In this document: positions 1-9,603 of the stretch, piece by piece | Layout: each line of letters opens with the position of its first letter | How positions within the stretch are numbered: position 1 is the stretch's first letter | Assembly (NCBI GenBank): GCA_900128565.1 | Contig: LT635948.1 | Span: forward strand, 1-34,898 | Direction: 5' to 3' | DNA from: Stramenopiles sp. TOSAG23-6 | Lineage: Eukaryota | Length of the DNA stretch: 34,898 nucleotides | Made by a program: the position numbers and the translations under genes | The notes under the pieces: generated by a model | Seen by the model: the letters and a program-made list of their open reading frames with translations, nothing else | The model's database searches: none | Told to the model about the DNA's origin: nothing

Positions 1-42
1 TTTTTAATTTTTTTTTCGCCCGGAATTTTGTCCCAAACCATT

Positions 43-84
<42 letters not shown>

Positions 85-99
85 TTTTTCACAATACAT
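1..99 (+). other. Non-canonical intron, 3' part only (ends TTTTTTCACAATACAT)
   Basis: Family 3' motif sits directly before G-TAT-CAA-ATT (MYQIT). A noisy copy of the internal motif is present (cgcccggaattttgtcccaaac). Confidence 0.7.
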
Positions 100-1281
100 G
101 TATCAAATTACATCTGATCATTTATGTGAATTATTAATTGATTTACATAAACGAGGTATTAAACTCACCATTCTTCTCTCTGCAACAATTTACGATGAAA
201 CGGATCATGTACGTTTTCATGATTTATTTCAATTTATAATTTATAATTTGTATTTTGTTTTCATACGAAATTTTGTACCTAACAAATATTTTTTCAAAAT
301 ATTTTTTTACTATACATGAAATGGCTACTTCTTGCTACGAGAAACTCGTTTCGGTTGGAATCGTTCTTCATTCTGCATGGCAATATGATCGGTATATGTA
401 CAACCATCAAAAGTTTTGGATTGTAGATGGAAAAGAACTCGTATATTATCTATAATGAATGTTTTACCTAATTGTTTTACTATGAAAATTTTGTACCTAA
501 CGAATTTTTTTATTATCCAAAAAAAAAAAAAAAAANATTTTTCACAATACTTGGATTAAGTACAGGAAATTGGTCTGATTCTGATTACCCAGGAGGCGCT
601 GCAACATTTACTCCACATTCTGATGATCCAAGTGCTTGGCGTCGATCGAACAGAGATTTTACATTGAAACTCACAGGAAATCCTCAAGTTATTAAAGTAT
701 ACCAAAATGTTATTACTGGGGATGTATGTTTTTCATCATGAATTTTTATTTTTTTTTTTCGTATGAAATTTTGTACCTAAGCAAAAAAACAAAAACAAAA
801 AAGATTTTTTTTTTTTAAATGTTTATTTTCATCATGAATGTTGAATTTATTTTTTTACGATGAAAACATTTTATAACAAACTCAATATTTGTGTAAACTA
901 TTTTTCAAAATACATCTGGCAAATGCAACGGTGTGGCAAAACAAAGCAGGCAGTGGATCATGTGCAACACTTGGTTGTAGTTATGTAACTGGAAGACGTG
1001 GTAAATGCCAATGTGATTCAAAATGTGTTCAATATAATAATTGTTGTTCTGATCATGCAAAGATATGTAATGCATCACCCTCCACAAAACCTCATCATAG
1101 ACCTCCAACGCCATCATCTGGAGGTAGTAATTCTTGTGCAACTTTGGGTTGTTATTATGTTCGTGGAAGAAAAGGTAAATGTACATGTGATCATCGATGT
1201 GAAAAAAAAGGAACATGTTGCTCTGATTATCAATCTGTGTGTTTATCCAACAACCCCGATGAATATTTTGCAATTGCATAA
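100..1281 (+). CDS. Phospholipase D (HKD) superfamily protein with two C-terminal somatomedin-B-like domains; 5'-partial; exons 100-208, 318-440, 553-723, 916-1281
   Basis: The spliced frame reads (M)YQIT...DETDH|EMATSC...HQKFWIVDGKEL|GLSTGNWS...RDF...VITGD|LANATVWQ, giving an HxKxxxxD...GN PLD motif. It then has two Cys-rich SC...C.CD..C.....CCSD....C repeats of SMB type. Confidence 0.8.
209..317 (+). other. Non-canonical intron GT...CAT, 109 nt, phase 0
   Basis: CAT|GTACGTTTTCAT...TACGAAATTTTGTACCTAAC...TTTTACTATACAT|GAA; joins ORF frames 98 and 255. Confidence 0.85.
441..552 (+). other. Non-canonical intron GT...CTT, 112 nt, phase 0
   Basis: CTC|GTATATT...TTTTGTACCTAAC...TTTTTCACAATACTT|GGA; restores HQKFWIVDGKELGLSTGNW. 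The nearest downstream AGs (559-560, 564-565) are out of frame. Confidence 0.85.
724..915 (+). other. Non-canonical intron GT...CAT, 192 nt, apparently two tandem family units
   Basis: GAT|GTATGTTTTTCATCATGAAT...TTTTTCAAAATACAT|CTG; contains an in-frame stop (739-741), so it must be removed. Confidence 0.8.
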
Positions 1282-1507
1282 AAGGATTTAAATTTATCAA
1301 AATGTGTAAAACAATTTTGAGAAAAAAAAATAAAAGTTTATTGAAAACGTTTCAATTATCTTTTTATAAACGTTTCCATTGTCTTCTTTAACTGTAGATA
1401 CAACATTTGTACTCAAGGGTAGTAGAACTTGTCCACTTACTGACTTCAGATGACATGTTTTGTCACGCAGTTGAGATTCAGTCACATACTCCACTGTGAC
1501 TTTGACC

Positions 1508-1555
1508 CACTGGTAACGCATCCATCAGCGCCACTTGATGGATGCGTTACCAGTG
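1508..1555. repeat. Perfect 20-bp inverted repeat with 8-nt loop spanning the F-box gene stop codon
   Basis: CACTGGTAACGCATCCATCA (1508-1527), loop gcgccact, TGATGGATGCGTTACCAGTG (1536-1555). Confidence 0.95.
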
Positions 1556-2586
1556 ATTGCGGACATCGCAAGTTTTCGATTAGCCTCCCAGTTCATATTG
1601 ACACCGTTGAGTTTGTCACCTAAACGGTTACCCAAGAGCTTGAGTTTGTCATAGTCCCAGTCATTGTCAATATCAAAGTCTGAGTTAGGCCGCTCACCGG
1701 CTTCCAAAAGTTTGACACTCAACACAAATTGCGCGACCTCTCCGACAGCTCCGACAACCTTACCAAAAGGATGGCGACCGGTGTCAGTAAATTTGTAATT
1801 GCAATGCAACATGAAAGTTGCATTTTGGCCGTTTGCAAGGTTGCATTTTTGGTACCAGTTTTCCATCGGCCTAGAGGAAGGATCACCAACACTTGAGAGG
1901 CAATCTATCTCTTGACCCCGATTCACAAAATGAGTGAACACGGCAATTTTGCGCCGCTGGGAATCAACACAGAACAGCCGAAACGACATAAAACCAATAG
2001 GCTGAGCACAGCAATCGCGTTCCGCAGGCCAATATCCCTGGACAGGACTAGCAACGTCAGTAAGTTCTAGGCTTCTAGCAAAAACACAAAGTTCGTTATT
2101 TATTTCATCTTCTAGAAATGTTTCCTCGTCATTATGTGGCTGTGCCCGAGCACGCACTCGGCACCCCTTGGCTAACACATGTTTGGTCCGGAAGATAGTT
2201 TTCTTCAATTCTTTGCCGTCAAAGTCACACTGTGACAGCTCCAAGAGAAAGCCGACGTTGTCTGGATTGATGCAAACTTGCGATGGCGAGAACTGGATGA
2301 CAGGCTCGACATAGCGACTTTTCGTGCATGCGGAAGCGTCCAGATCCAGTTGAAAGAGGCGCTGGTAGAGCAACCTTGGAGACAAATCGTCGCCCAGGAA
2401 AGGAGAGAGCCACATGGAGCGTGCGCTGTTGAGCAGCTGTGAAGCCGCCCAGACCTCGTCGAGCAGCTGCTTCTTTTCGCGTAGGGAAAGAAGGTAGCTG
2501 CACACAGATTCAGTGCAGAGGAGCTCGGGTGGACAGAGGAAGGAAATGGCCACGACAACGACATCTTCGGGGAGTAACAGAAGCAT
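1525..2586 (-). CDS. F-box-like protein, 353 aa, intronless, GC-rich
   Basis: Long ORF. N-terminal LLLLPEDVVVVAISFLCPPELLCTESVC fits the F-box pattern (LP.E....I..FL...EL.....VC). The rest is not recognised. Confidence 0.6.
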   Translation of the reverse strand: MLLLLPEDVVVVAISFLCPPELLCTESVCSYLLSLREKKQLLDEVWAASQLLNSARSMWLSPFLGDDLSPRLLYQRLFQLDLDASACTKSRYVEPVIQFSPSQVCINPDNVGFLLELSQCDFDGKELKKTIFRTKHVLAKGCRVRARAQPHNDEETFLEDEINNELCVFARSLELTDVASPVQGYWPAERDCCAQPIGFMSFRLFCVDSQRRKIAVFTHFVNRGQEIDCLSSVGDPSSRPMENWYQKCNLANGQNATFMLHCNYKFTDTGRHPFGKVVGAVGEVAQFVLSVKLLEAGERPNSDFDIDNDWDYDKLKLLGNRLGDKLNGVNMNWEANRKLAMSAITGNASIKWR

Positions 2587-2993
2587 GCTGCGTGAACATA
2601 TATTACTTCACTCTCTCCACTTACTAGTTTTTCCAAGAACTTTTGCTTCTTATCTATGCGTGGCCTATCGTGCGCGAGCGAAACAATTCATGAAAAAAAA
2701 ACACCGATCGGCGATTTTGGTCCAACCAATTTTGGTACGGAAATCCGTACTGGCATACAACTTGGTATGAAAAACAAAAATGTAAAAATAATGGATGAAA
2801 AATATCCCAATGAAAGATGCGCACAGCATCAAATCATTTGAAAAAAAATCAGAATGGTCAACACGAAAAAAAAACTGTGATTATTTTTTTATTATATCAA
2901 ATTACCTTTACTTACTTATTGAATAAATTTATTTTTCTAGTTAGTAAAAACCATTCAATTATTTTTCATTATTCTTTATACTATCAAAATGTA

Positions 2994-4778
2994 TTAGGTA
3001 GCAACACGAGTACCATATCTTCGTAAGGTTGGGTTGGTATGATAAATACACAAAGGTGGAATGCCTACTTTTCGCCAATCTAATTTTTCTGTATTCATCC
3101 ATTTGTTTTCAAAACCTAAGGAATCTTTAAGAACTTTGAGGTAACTTCCACCTCTAAATGTAACAACATCTCCTAGATCAGTTTGAATTTCTTCTAAAAA
3201 TAATTTTAATTTTGCACTCAATTTACAAACAATTTGGGCGAATCGTATAAATGTTGGTACACCAAATGTATCCAATGATGAAATGAAACAATTTTGCTCT
3301 TCCAATGTTTTCATTGTGTTTTCATCTATTTCAAGTCCATTTCTTTGCTCAGGATTTGACTGAATACTACGCATGTATTGTGAAAAAATATTTTACAAAA
3401 AAATTGTTAGGTACGGAATTTCGTACGAAAAAAAATATTTGAAATTTATCATGGAAACGTACATCATACGAAGAAGAGTTTCTCTAGATGAAATCATCTC
3501 GCTGGCAATACCCAAGTTTGTAACAGATTCGCCCAAATATGGCGCAAGTTCAGGATTTGAATACTTGACAAGGTATGTCAACTTTTGTATCATTGGAACT
3601 TCAAGTGTTTTCCATATTTGTTCAATTGCTGATTGATACGAAGGTTTAACTCGTGCTCGATTTGGAGTTTTCATTCCTGTTTTTGTTGTTGTTGACTTTT
3701 TTGATGAATTTTCTTGAGATGAATCATTTACTGTTTCATCATTATCTATCATTTGATCATTAAAATCTCTATTATGTGTACTATCTACTATTTCAAGTTT
3801 GGTATTAGATTTATTTCCAACTACGTTTTCATCCACCAACGTTTGAGTTTTATCTTTCCTTTTTTCAAAATTACTTCGCCATGGTTTTGCCTTTGCTATT
3901 CTTTCTTCTTCAGTTAATGTACTAAGAAATGTCCCAAGAGTTCGACTTTTGCGAACCTTTCTAAATACTAACGGTCGATGAGTGACAGCAGTTCCAAGAG
4001 CTCGAGTGCGTATGTGATTTGCAAAACCTGCAGTTTGTTGTTTCCATCGATTTTCTACTTCATCAGGAGGAGGCATAACTATTGGCTTTGAAGTAGGCCA
4101 TCGATGCCGTACAGTTTTTAAATGTTCATTTGCATTAAATGGTGCTGCATCATTATTACTGTCTTTCGAATCTATATTACTTTCATAATGCATCTCTTCT
4201 AATACATCTGCTTCAATAACATCAAGTCGAAGTTTTCTTAATTCAACTTGAAGTATTGTTTCACTTCTTTTTCGGTTTGCTGTAGTATGAAAAACACCTT
4301 TACGATCCATAGCTTTGTGTACTTCAGAGCATTTACGCCGTAAAGCTTCAACTATTAGTCCAATTCTTGAACGAACACGTTGAGCTGCATCTTCTCTCTG
4401 TGTATCATTCATACCTTTTACAAACTTATAAATAGAATGTTCACCAATAAGGGTTGGATTTGTCTCTGCTGGATCTCGTGAAGGTCCCATATTGGCCATG
4501 GCATCCTCAAGTTCTTCCAATACTTGCTTAACTACAGGAGGATCGATGATATTCTCTTTGATTTCTTTTTCAACGATTACTTCTTGTATTGGCTTTCCAG
4601 CTGCTTTCTGTCGTGCTTGGAGTACCTTTTTCTTCGGGTCTGTGACTGGTGTTAATGTAAAAGCGTTTCGAGTGTCTAGTAATCTTGTTTTCGGAACTTC
4701 GGCTTCGTACACTTTCTTATACCTTAACTCACTTGCAAGCGAACGCTTTTTTCTCCGTCGCGGTTGAGAGTAGGACAT
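2994..4778 (-). CDS. Uncharacterised protein with CCDC87-like C-terminus, about 564 aa; exons 4778-3463, 3372-2994
   Basis: Two ORFs are joined by a family intron (LLRMM|RSIQ). IEQIWKTLEVPMIQKLTYLVKYS and LGDVVTFRGGSYL resemble CCDC87-family motifs as I recall them (unverified). Confidence 0.6.
3373..3462 (-). other. Non-canonical intron GT...CAT, 90 nt, phase 2
   Basis: ATG AT|GTACGTTTCCAT...CGTACGAAATTCCGTACCTAAC...TTTTTTCACAATACAT|G CGT; contains an in-frame TAA. Confidence 0.85.
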
Positions 4779-5055
4779 GATTAAATATTTTTAAGAAATG
4801 TTTCACAATAGTCTCTACACAGTGAGCTACAAATTTTCAAGTCACTTTTACCTTTGTTATTAGGTGGTAAGTCCTGTTGGTCAAATTTCACTTGTAACGT
4901 TTTGTAACTGCTGCTTTGACCACGCTATATTTGCTACTCAAGTAAGCTTCTAGACTAGAGTCTCGTATATACGTATACTTATATAGACTAGATAACTAAA
5001 CCAAGTAGACTATTTTTGTGTTTATGTACTTTTAAAATACAATAGTAGTATTTCG

Positions 5056-6671
5056 ATGAATTTCAAATACAATGACCTCAAACGAGGTACAGGTGTAACA
5101 GTATCAATTCAAACTGACAAAAACTTGTTTGAATTCCTGGTTGAGCTCAATTTAGATTGTTATTTTGATAAGATAGTTGAGAACTTTAGTGTTTTCACTG
5201 TTGAAGAATTTCAAAATGCTTTACGTCGTCAAAACGATGATTCAACTTTGAAACATTTCATAAAGAAAAAAATTCACCGTATTAAAATGTTCAGGGCTAT
5301 AAAACAATACAGTCAAATAAACCCCATCAGACCAAACAAAACTAAATGCCATTTACAAGTGAATACAAACATAAACACAAAGACTAAAAATTTATTAAAG
5401 ATACCCAAAGTATCTAATTCCCAACACATCAAAATTGGCCAATTTGTCTATTGGTGTGAAAAACGATCAACAGAAATAATATGCCACATTGGCCGTGTAG
5501 AAAGTTTTCTTCCTGTATTCAATCCAACAGCTGCACGAAAAAATATACAAGTCATTTTGACATGTTTCAAAGAAAAAATAAAAGATTCTGGAATTATTTT
5601 CAAAACCGATCAAATTATAACAAAAGCTACAGATAAATTACATATAATAGATAAAAGTCTGACAAGCGTTTATAATAAAGAACTAAATTCTTGGAAATTA
5701 AAAAATAGGAATGTAGCTCTATTACTTCCCGGTATAAAACCTAAAAGTGTACCTCATGCTGATCTTAAAAAGAAAAAGGCAATGAATCATGATGTTTTTG
5801 TGTACTGTGTTTTAGTATTTGCTACAGAAAAGATTCATTTTGAAAATGTCCAAGAAAGTTTTTTATGTACACTATCAAAATATATATCAAGACCAATACA
5901 GATAAAATATATATCTTCATATGATCAAACAAATACTAAAATATCAAGTAGTCCAAAAGAGGCATTGACACGTGTCGATGTTATTATAACAATGACAGCT
6001 ATAGCAAATTGTGGATTACAATGTGTTGAAAAGAATAATGATACATGTACGTTTTCAAAACGTTTTCAAAATTGAATCTTTATATAAATTGTTTTTTGTG
6101 TCAAAATGTGTACCTAACAAAAAAATTGAATTTACCTTTTTTTTTTTTTTTTCACAATACATCAATTGCTCAAATGCTATATATTACACACCAACACATG
6201 TGTAACGGTGCTTCATTGAATGATACTCTTTTAAAGAAATGTAATTTAAATTTAATTAATATATCAGATTTAAGTGCATTAGCCATAGACTATCAACCTC
6301 AGAAATTGAAAAATCGTATAAATAATAAGAATAATAATGCAAATTTACTTGAAGAAGGAAATTTTGTAGCATTAAAAAATCCAAACTTTTCAGATCTATT
6401 AGAAAGCCCAGAAAAACCTTTATGGTTTGTTTTTCGTGTAATGCAAATTATTTCTAGTAAATTTGGTCAACTATATCATTTAAATATGTTTAAAGAAGTG
6501 CAACTTGGAAGTGGATACTTTATACCCACTAATGAATGGTTGGTACAAACATCCACTAATATGAGAAATATTGATTTGCATTTTGATTTGAAAACGAATT
6601 TATGGAAATGTAAATTACTTGTTCGTGATGAATTATTTAGAAATAGTATGGAATATAAAATTTCTTGTTGA
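5056..6671 (+). CDS. Hypothetical protein with N-terminal SAM-like domain, about 499 aa; exons 5056-6046, 6163-6671
   Basis: LFEFLVELNLDCYFDKI...IKKKIHRIKMFRAI is SAM-like. ORFs 5056 and 6045 join through a family intron (NNDT-S-IAQML). Confidence 0.65.
6047..6162 (+). other. Non-canonical intron GT...CAT, 116 nt, phase 1
   Basis: ACA T|GTACGTTTTCAA...TGTGTACCTAAC...TTTTTCACAATACAT|CA ATT GCT. Confidence 0.8.
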
Positions 6672-6849
6672 TTATTTGATTTTGTGAGATAATTTTTTTT
6701 TGTAGTATTGTAGTATTCGTATTCGAAAGAAAGAATTAAACAGCCAGTCAGTCGACAATACTGGCTCGACGAGTCGGACAAACTTTACTGGTCAACTTTT
6801 TTTGAGTGTGTATAATAAGAGTTTTAAAATAACTTTTGTTCTCCACGAA

Positions 6850-8341
6850 ATGATGAATCCTTTGTCAGCAATGATGACGTCTTTAAAGGCAGGTAATGCA
6901 GGCGAATCGCGCCATACACCCTTGATAGAAAGTGCAAAAATGTTTAAAGAGAAGGGCAATGCTTTATACAAAGAAAAAAAGTTTAAAGAAGCAAATGCTG
7001 CTTATTCGGAAGGAACACGGGTGCTGTCGGCATCTTTGGATCCACTTATGAATGGCCTTGCTGGCGAGGAATATGCACCAGTAGAAGCATATAAACTCAT
7101 GAAGATTATTGGAAGCAATCGTGCCGCTGCATTGATGGAAGTTTGTAAGCAGGATGATTCTAAAGTGTTGGTGTATGGTCTGGACATGCAAAAACAAAGG
7201 CTAAAGCTCTTGGAGATTGGAGCGAGCGTTACCCCAAGTGGAGTGAAATCTGCTTCAAAAGGATCAAAGCCTGATCCTAAGGATGTGGAAGATTGGACAG
7301 CAGTACGATGCAGACTCGAAATGTTGAACTTAGCAGTTCATCTTGTTGACGATGAAAATCGAAGAGTACCGCTGAGTCAAGCAGACCTTACAAAGTTGAA
7401 GCAACATAACAAGGATAAGGCAAAATATCCTAACCCACCAAAGCGAATAGATGATGGTCCAGTGTTTGCACGTATACGTAAAAAGTTGACAAAGAGAAGA
7501 AGTGTCATTGTAAAAATGATTGAAACTATACGAGAGAAATATTCCAAAGAAGTGAAAGAATACCCCCGAGAGCTTCTTTATCCCCCTGTTATAATTACGC
7601 CAATAGTTATTCATCCTTCTGCAAAAACCATTAAGCCTAGTAGAGTTTCACGTTCACCTTTAGATGAAATGATGTCTGATAAATTTTATTGTGGAAAACC
7701 GAAGAATAATTTCAGCACTATAAAAGCCATATACATTGACGATCATTCATTCAGTGAAATTGAAATACCTGCTTCAAGATGGATTGAAGTAATGAAAGCA
7801 CATGAGAAACCATCTGTACCTGAATGTTTAGGTGTAGAATTAGCCGTTCTCTTTGATAAACCATTTAGTGGTGATAACCAGTTTGGAACATATCTAATGA
7901 TTGATAAAATATCTGGCTTTGCTCCAATGAAGTATCAAATGAGACCAGGTGTACGTTTTCATTTCAATATTTTACCNAANTTTTTTTTNGNTACGAAATT
8001 TTGTACCTAACGATTTTTTTTTGAAATATTTTTTCACAATACGGCCTTGCACTGTTGTTCGAAGAAATGGTACAGACTATACTAATGAGGAACATATGCA
8101 ACTTCATAATTTCATATATAATCTCTTGGATGAGTATGCGGATGGCGCAGTAGACCCAGAGCGTGATCTTACACCTGCGATATGGAAATCTTTGGTTGAT
8201 AGTAATCAAAAATATAGGGAAGACAATGCTGAAGAAATTGCAGAAGAAGAAGCGTTTTTTAGACATTTAAATCCTCATTTATATCCACCAGATGAGGCAT
8301 CCATTGCTGCAGGCAAGAAATATTACACTCCGTCGATGTAA
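6850..8341 (+). CDS. TPR-domain protein, about 465 aa; exons 6850-7950, 8045-8341
   Basis: AKMFKEKGNALYKEKKFKEANAAYSEG...SNRAAA is a co-chaperone-type TPR. First ATG is at 6850. The spliced junction reads GFAPMKYQMRPG|PCTVVRRNG. Confidence 0.75.
7951..8044 (+). other. Non-canonical intron GT...CGG, 94 nt, phase 0
   Basis: GGT|GTACGTTTTCAT...TACGAAATTTTGTACCTAAC...TTTTTCACAATACGG|CCT. Confidence 0.8.
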
Positions 8342-8446
8342 GATATTTTTATATACAACTTCAAACATATAAAAGTTATAATTCTTTTATTCTTTATTGA
8401 TGTTTTTTTTAGACATTTTCAAATTTTCTTCATCGTCCAAAAAATT

Positions 8447-9349
8447 TTAGTGTTGTTTATTAGACTCTGCTGAAGTTTTAAAAAGATTTTCTAATTTTTC
8501 ATTTCGTTTTAACCATGGATGATTGGGGGATACACTGTTTAGTTGCTTTATATAACCTTGAATAACAGAATCACCCTTTCCATTCCACTGCGCACAAGTA
8601 ATAATATTTACAAGTGTATCGCCATCTTTAGCGTTCATCCCAAGAGCTTCTTGGAAGGCTTGGTCTGCAGCTTCATAATTACTTAAATGAATATTTGCAA
8701 CGCCAAGACCATTTAAGAGAAGTACGGTTGGTCCATATTTATCAATAAGTTCCTGGTAAATGTATGACGCTTCCTGGTATTTAGCTCCACCTGTAATCAA
8801 GTATAACCATGACATGCAAAGTTGAGTAAGAGTACTGTCGTCGTCGACTTGTTGCAGAACGAGAAGTTGTTTCTGTGCAAGATCAATTCTTGACATTGCA
8901 ATGTGTATTTGTAAAGTAAGTGACATTTGCTCCATATCTGAATCATCACGGAGAGTAGCAAGGGCTAATGGTAACTCTCCCTCGCGGTAAAAAACAGTCG
9001 CAGCGATAGTTTGAGCCATTGACATTGCTTTTCCTGGTGCGACATCTGCTTTCAAAAGTTCTTTCAACGATTCCACGACTTTAGCGCGAGATGTATCACT
9101 AGAATCAGATTCGTATTCTGCTAAAAGTTTTACGGCAGCAATTGGAGGTTCGATTTCGTCTCCGTCCAACTCTGTTTCATCGAGAACATAACCTGGGTTT
9201 CCCATTCCAATGTAACACCTGTAGACATACGCATCACGCTCAGTCACAACTTCTTCTGAAGATGGGCGAATTCCACCAGCTTCTCGTATACCTAACTGAA
9301 AATTTCCTAACCAGAAATAGTTCTTTAGCATAAATAACTCATCTGCCAT
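8447..9349 (-). CDS. COPE: Coatomer subunit epsilon (COPI), 300 aa, intronless
   Basis: MADELFMLKNYFWLGNFQ, ERDAYVYRCYI, RIDLAQKQL...DDDSTLTQL..SW, KYQEASYIYQEL, LLLNG, PNHPW are hallmark epsilon-COP/Sec28 motifs. Start ATG is at 9349. Confidence 0.93.
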   Translation of the reverse strand: MADELFMLKNYFWLGNFQLGIREAGGIRPSSEEVVTERDAYVYRCYIGMGNPGYVLDETELDGDEIEPPIAAVKLLAEYESDSSDTSRAKVVESLKELLKADVAPGKAMSMAQTIAATVFYREGELPLALATLRDDSDMEQMSLTLQIHIAMSRIDLAQKQLLVLQQVDDDSTLTQLCMSWLYLITGGAKYQEASYIYQELIDKYGPTVLLLNGLGVANIHLSNYEAADQAFQEALGMNAKDGDTLVNIITCAQWNGKGDSVIQGYIKQLNSVSPNHPWLKRNEKLENLFKTSAESNKQH

Positions 9350-9467
9350 GGTGTGAATCAAAATTACGGAGAAGAATTTTTCAAGTCTCGTTTTTTTGTC
9401 TCGAGACGAGGTGAAAAATAAAATCGTCAAAACGAATAAATCTCAAATGAAATTCTCGCAATTGAAT

Positions 9468-9540
9468 GCCACGTGGCGCGATATTGTAAAATTGCAAGTG
9501 ACACGAGGTAGGACCTGGTTGTTACCCTACATGCGCATGC
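9468..9540. promoter_or_regulatory. Candidate cis-elements in the divergent COPE/Sel1 promoter: GCCACGTGGC and CATGCGCATG palindromes
   Basis: Perfect 10-bp palindromes at 9468-9477 (G/E-box type) and 9530-9539 in a 254-nt head-to-head spacer. Confidence 0.35.
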
Positions 9541-9603
9541 TATAAATTATAAACACTGCTGCTGCTAAATTGGTATACAAAAGCCGCAAATCGAGGCTAC
9601 ATC

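Noticed and set aside
50-81. Poly(A) tail or retrocopy
   Set aside because: Lies inside an intron A/T tract at a noisy contig end; length probably inflated.
207-315. U12-type AT-AC introns (shifting boundaries by 2 nt gives AT...AC)
   Set aside because: No ATATCCTT donor or TCCTTAAC branch consensus. Three junctions would start TC, GT or TT, not AT. An atypical NNGT...AC register is still possible.
4941-5012. Short TAGACTA repeats and small palindromes; also the 7-bp stem at 6742-6766
   Set aside because: Too short and low-complexity to distinguish from chance.
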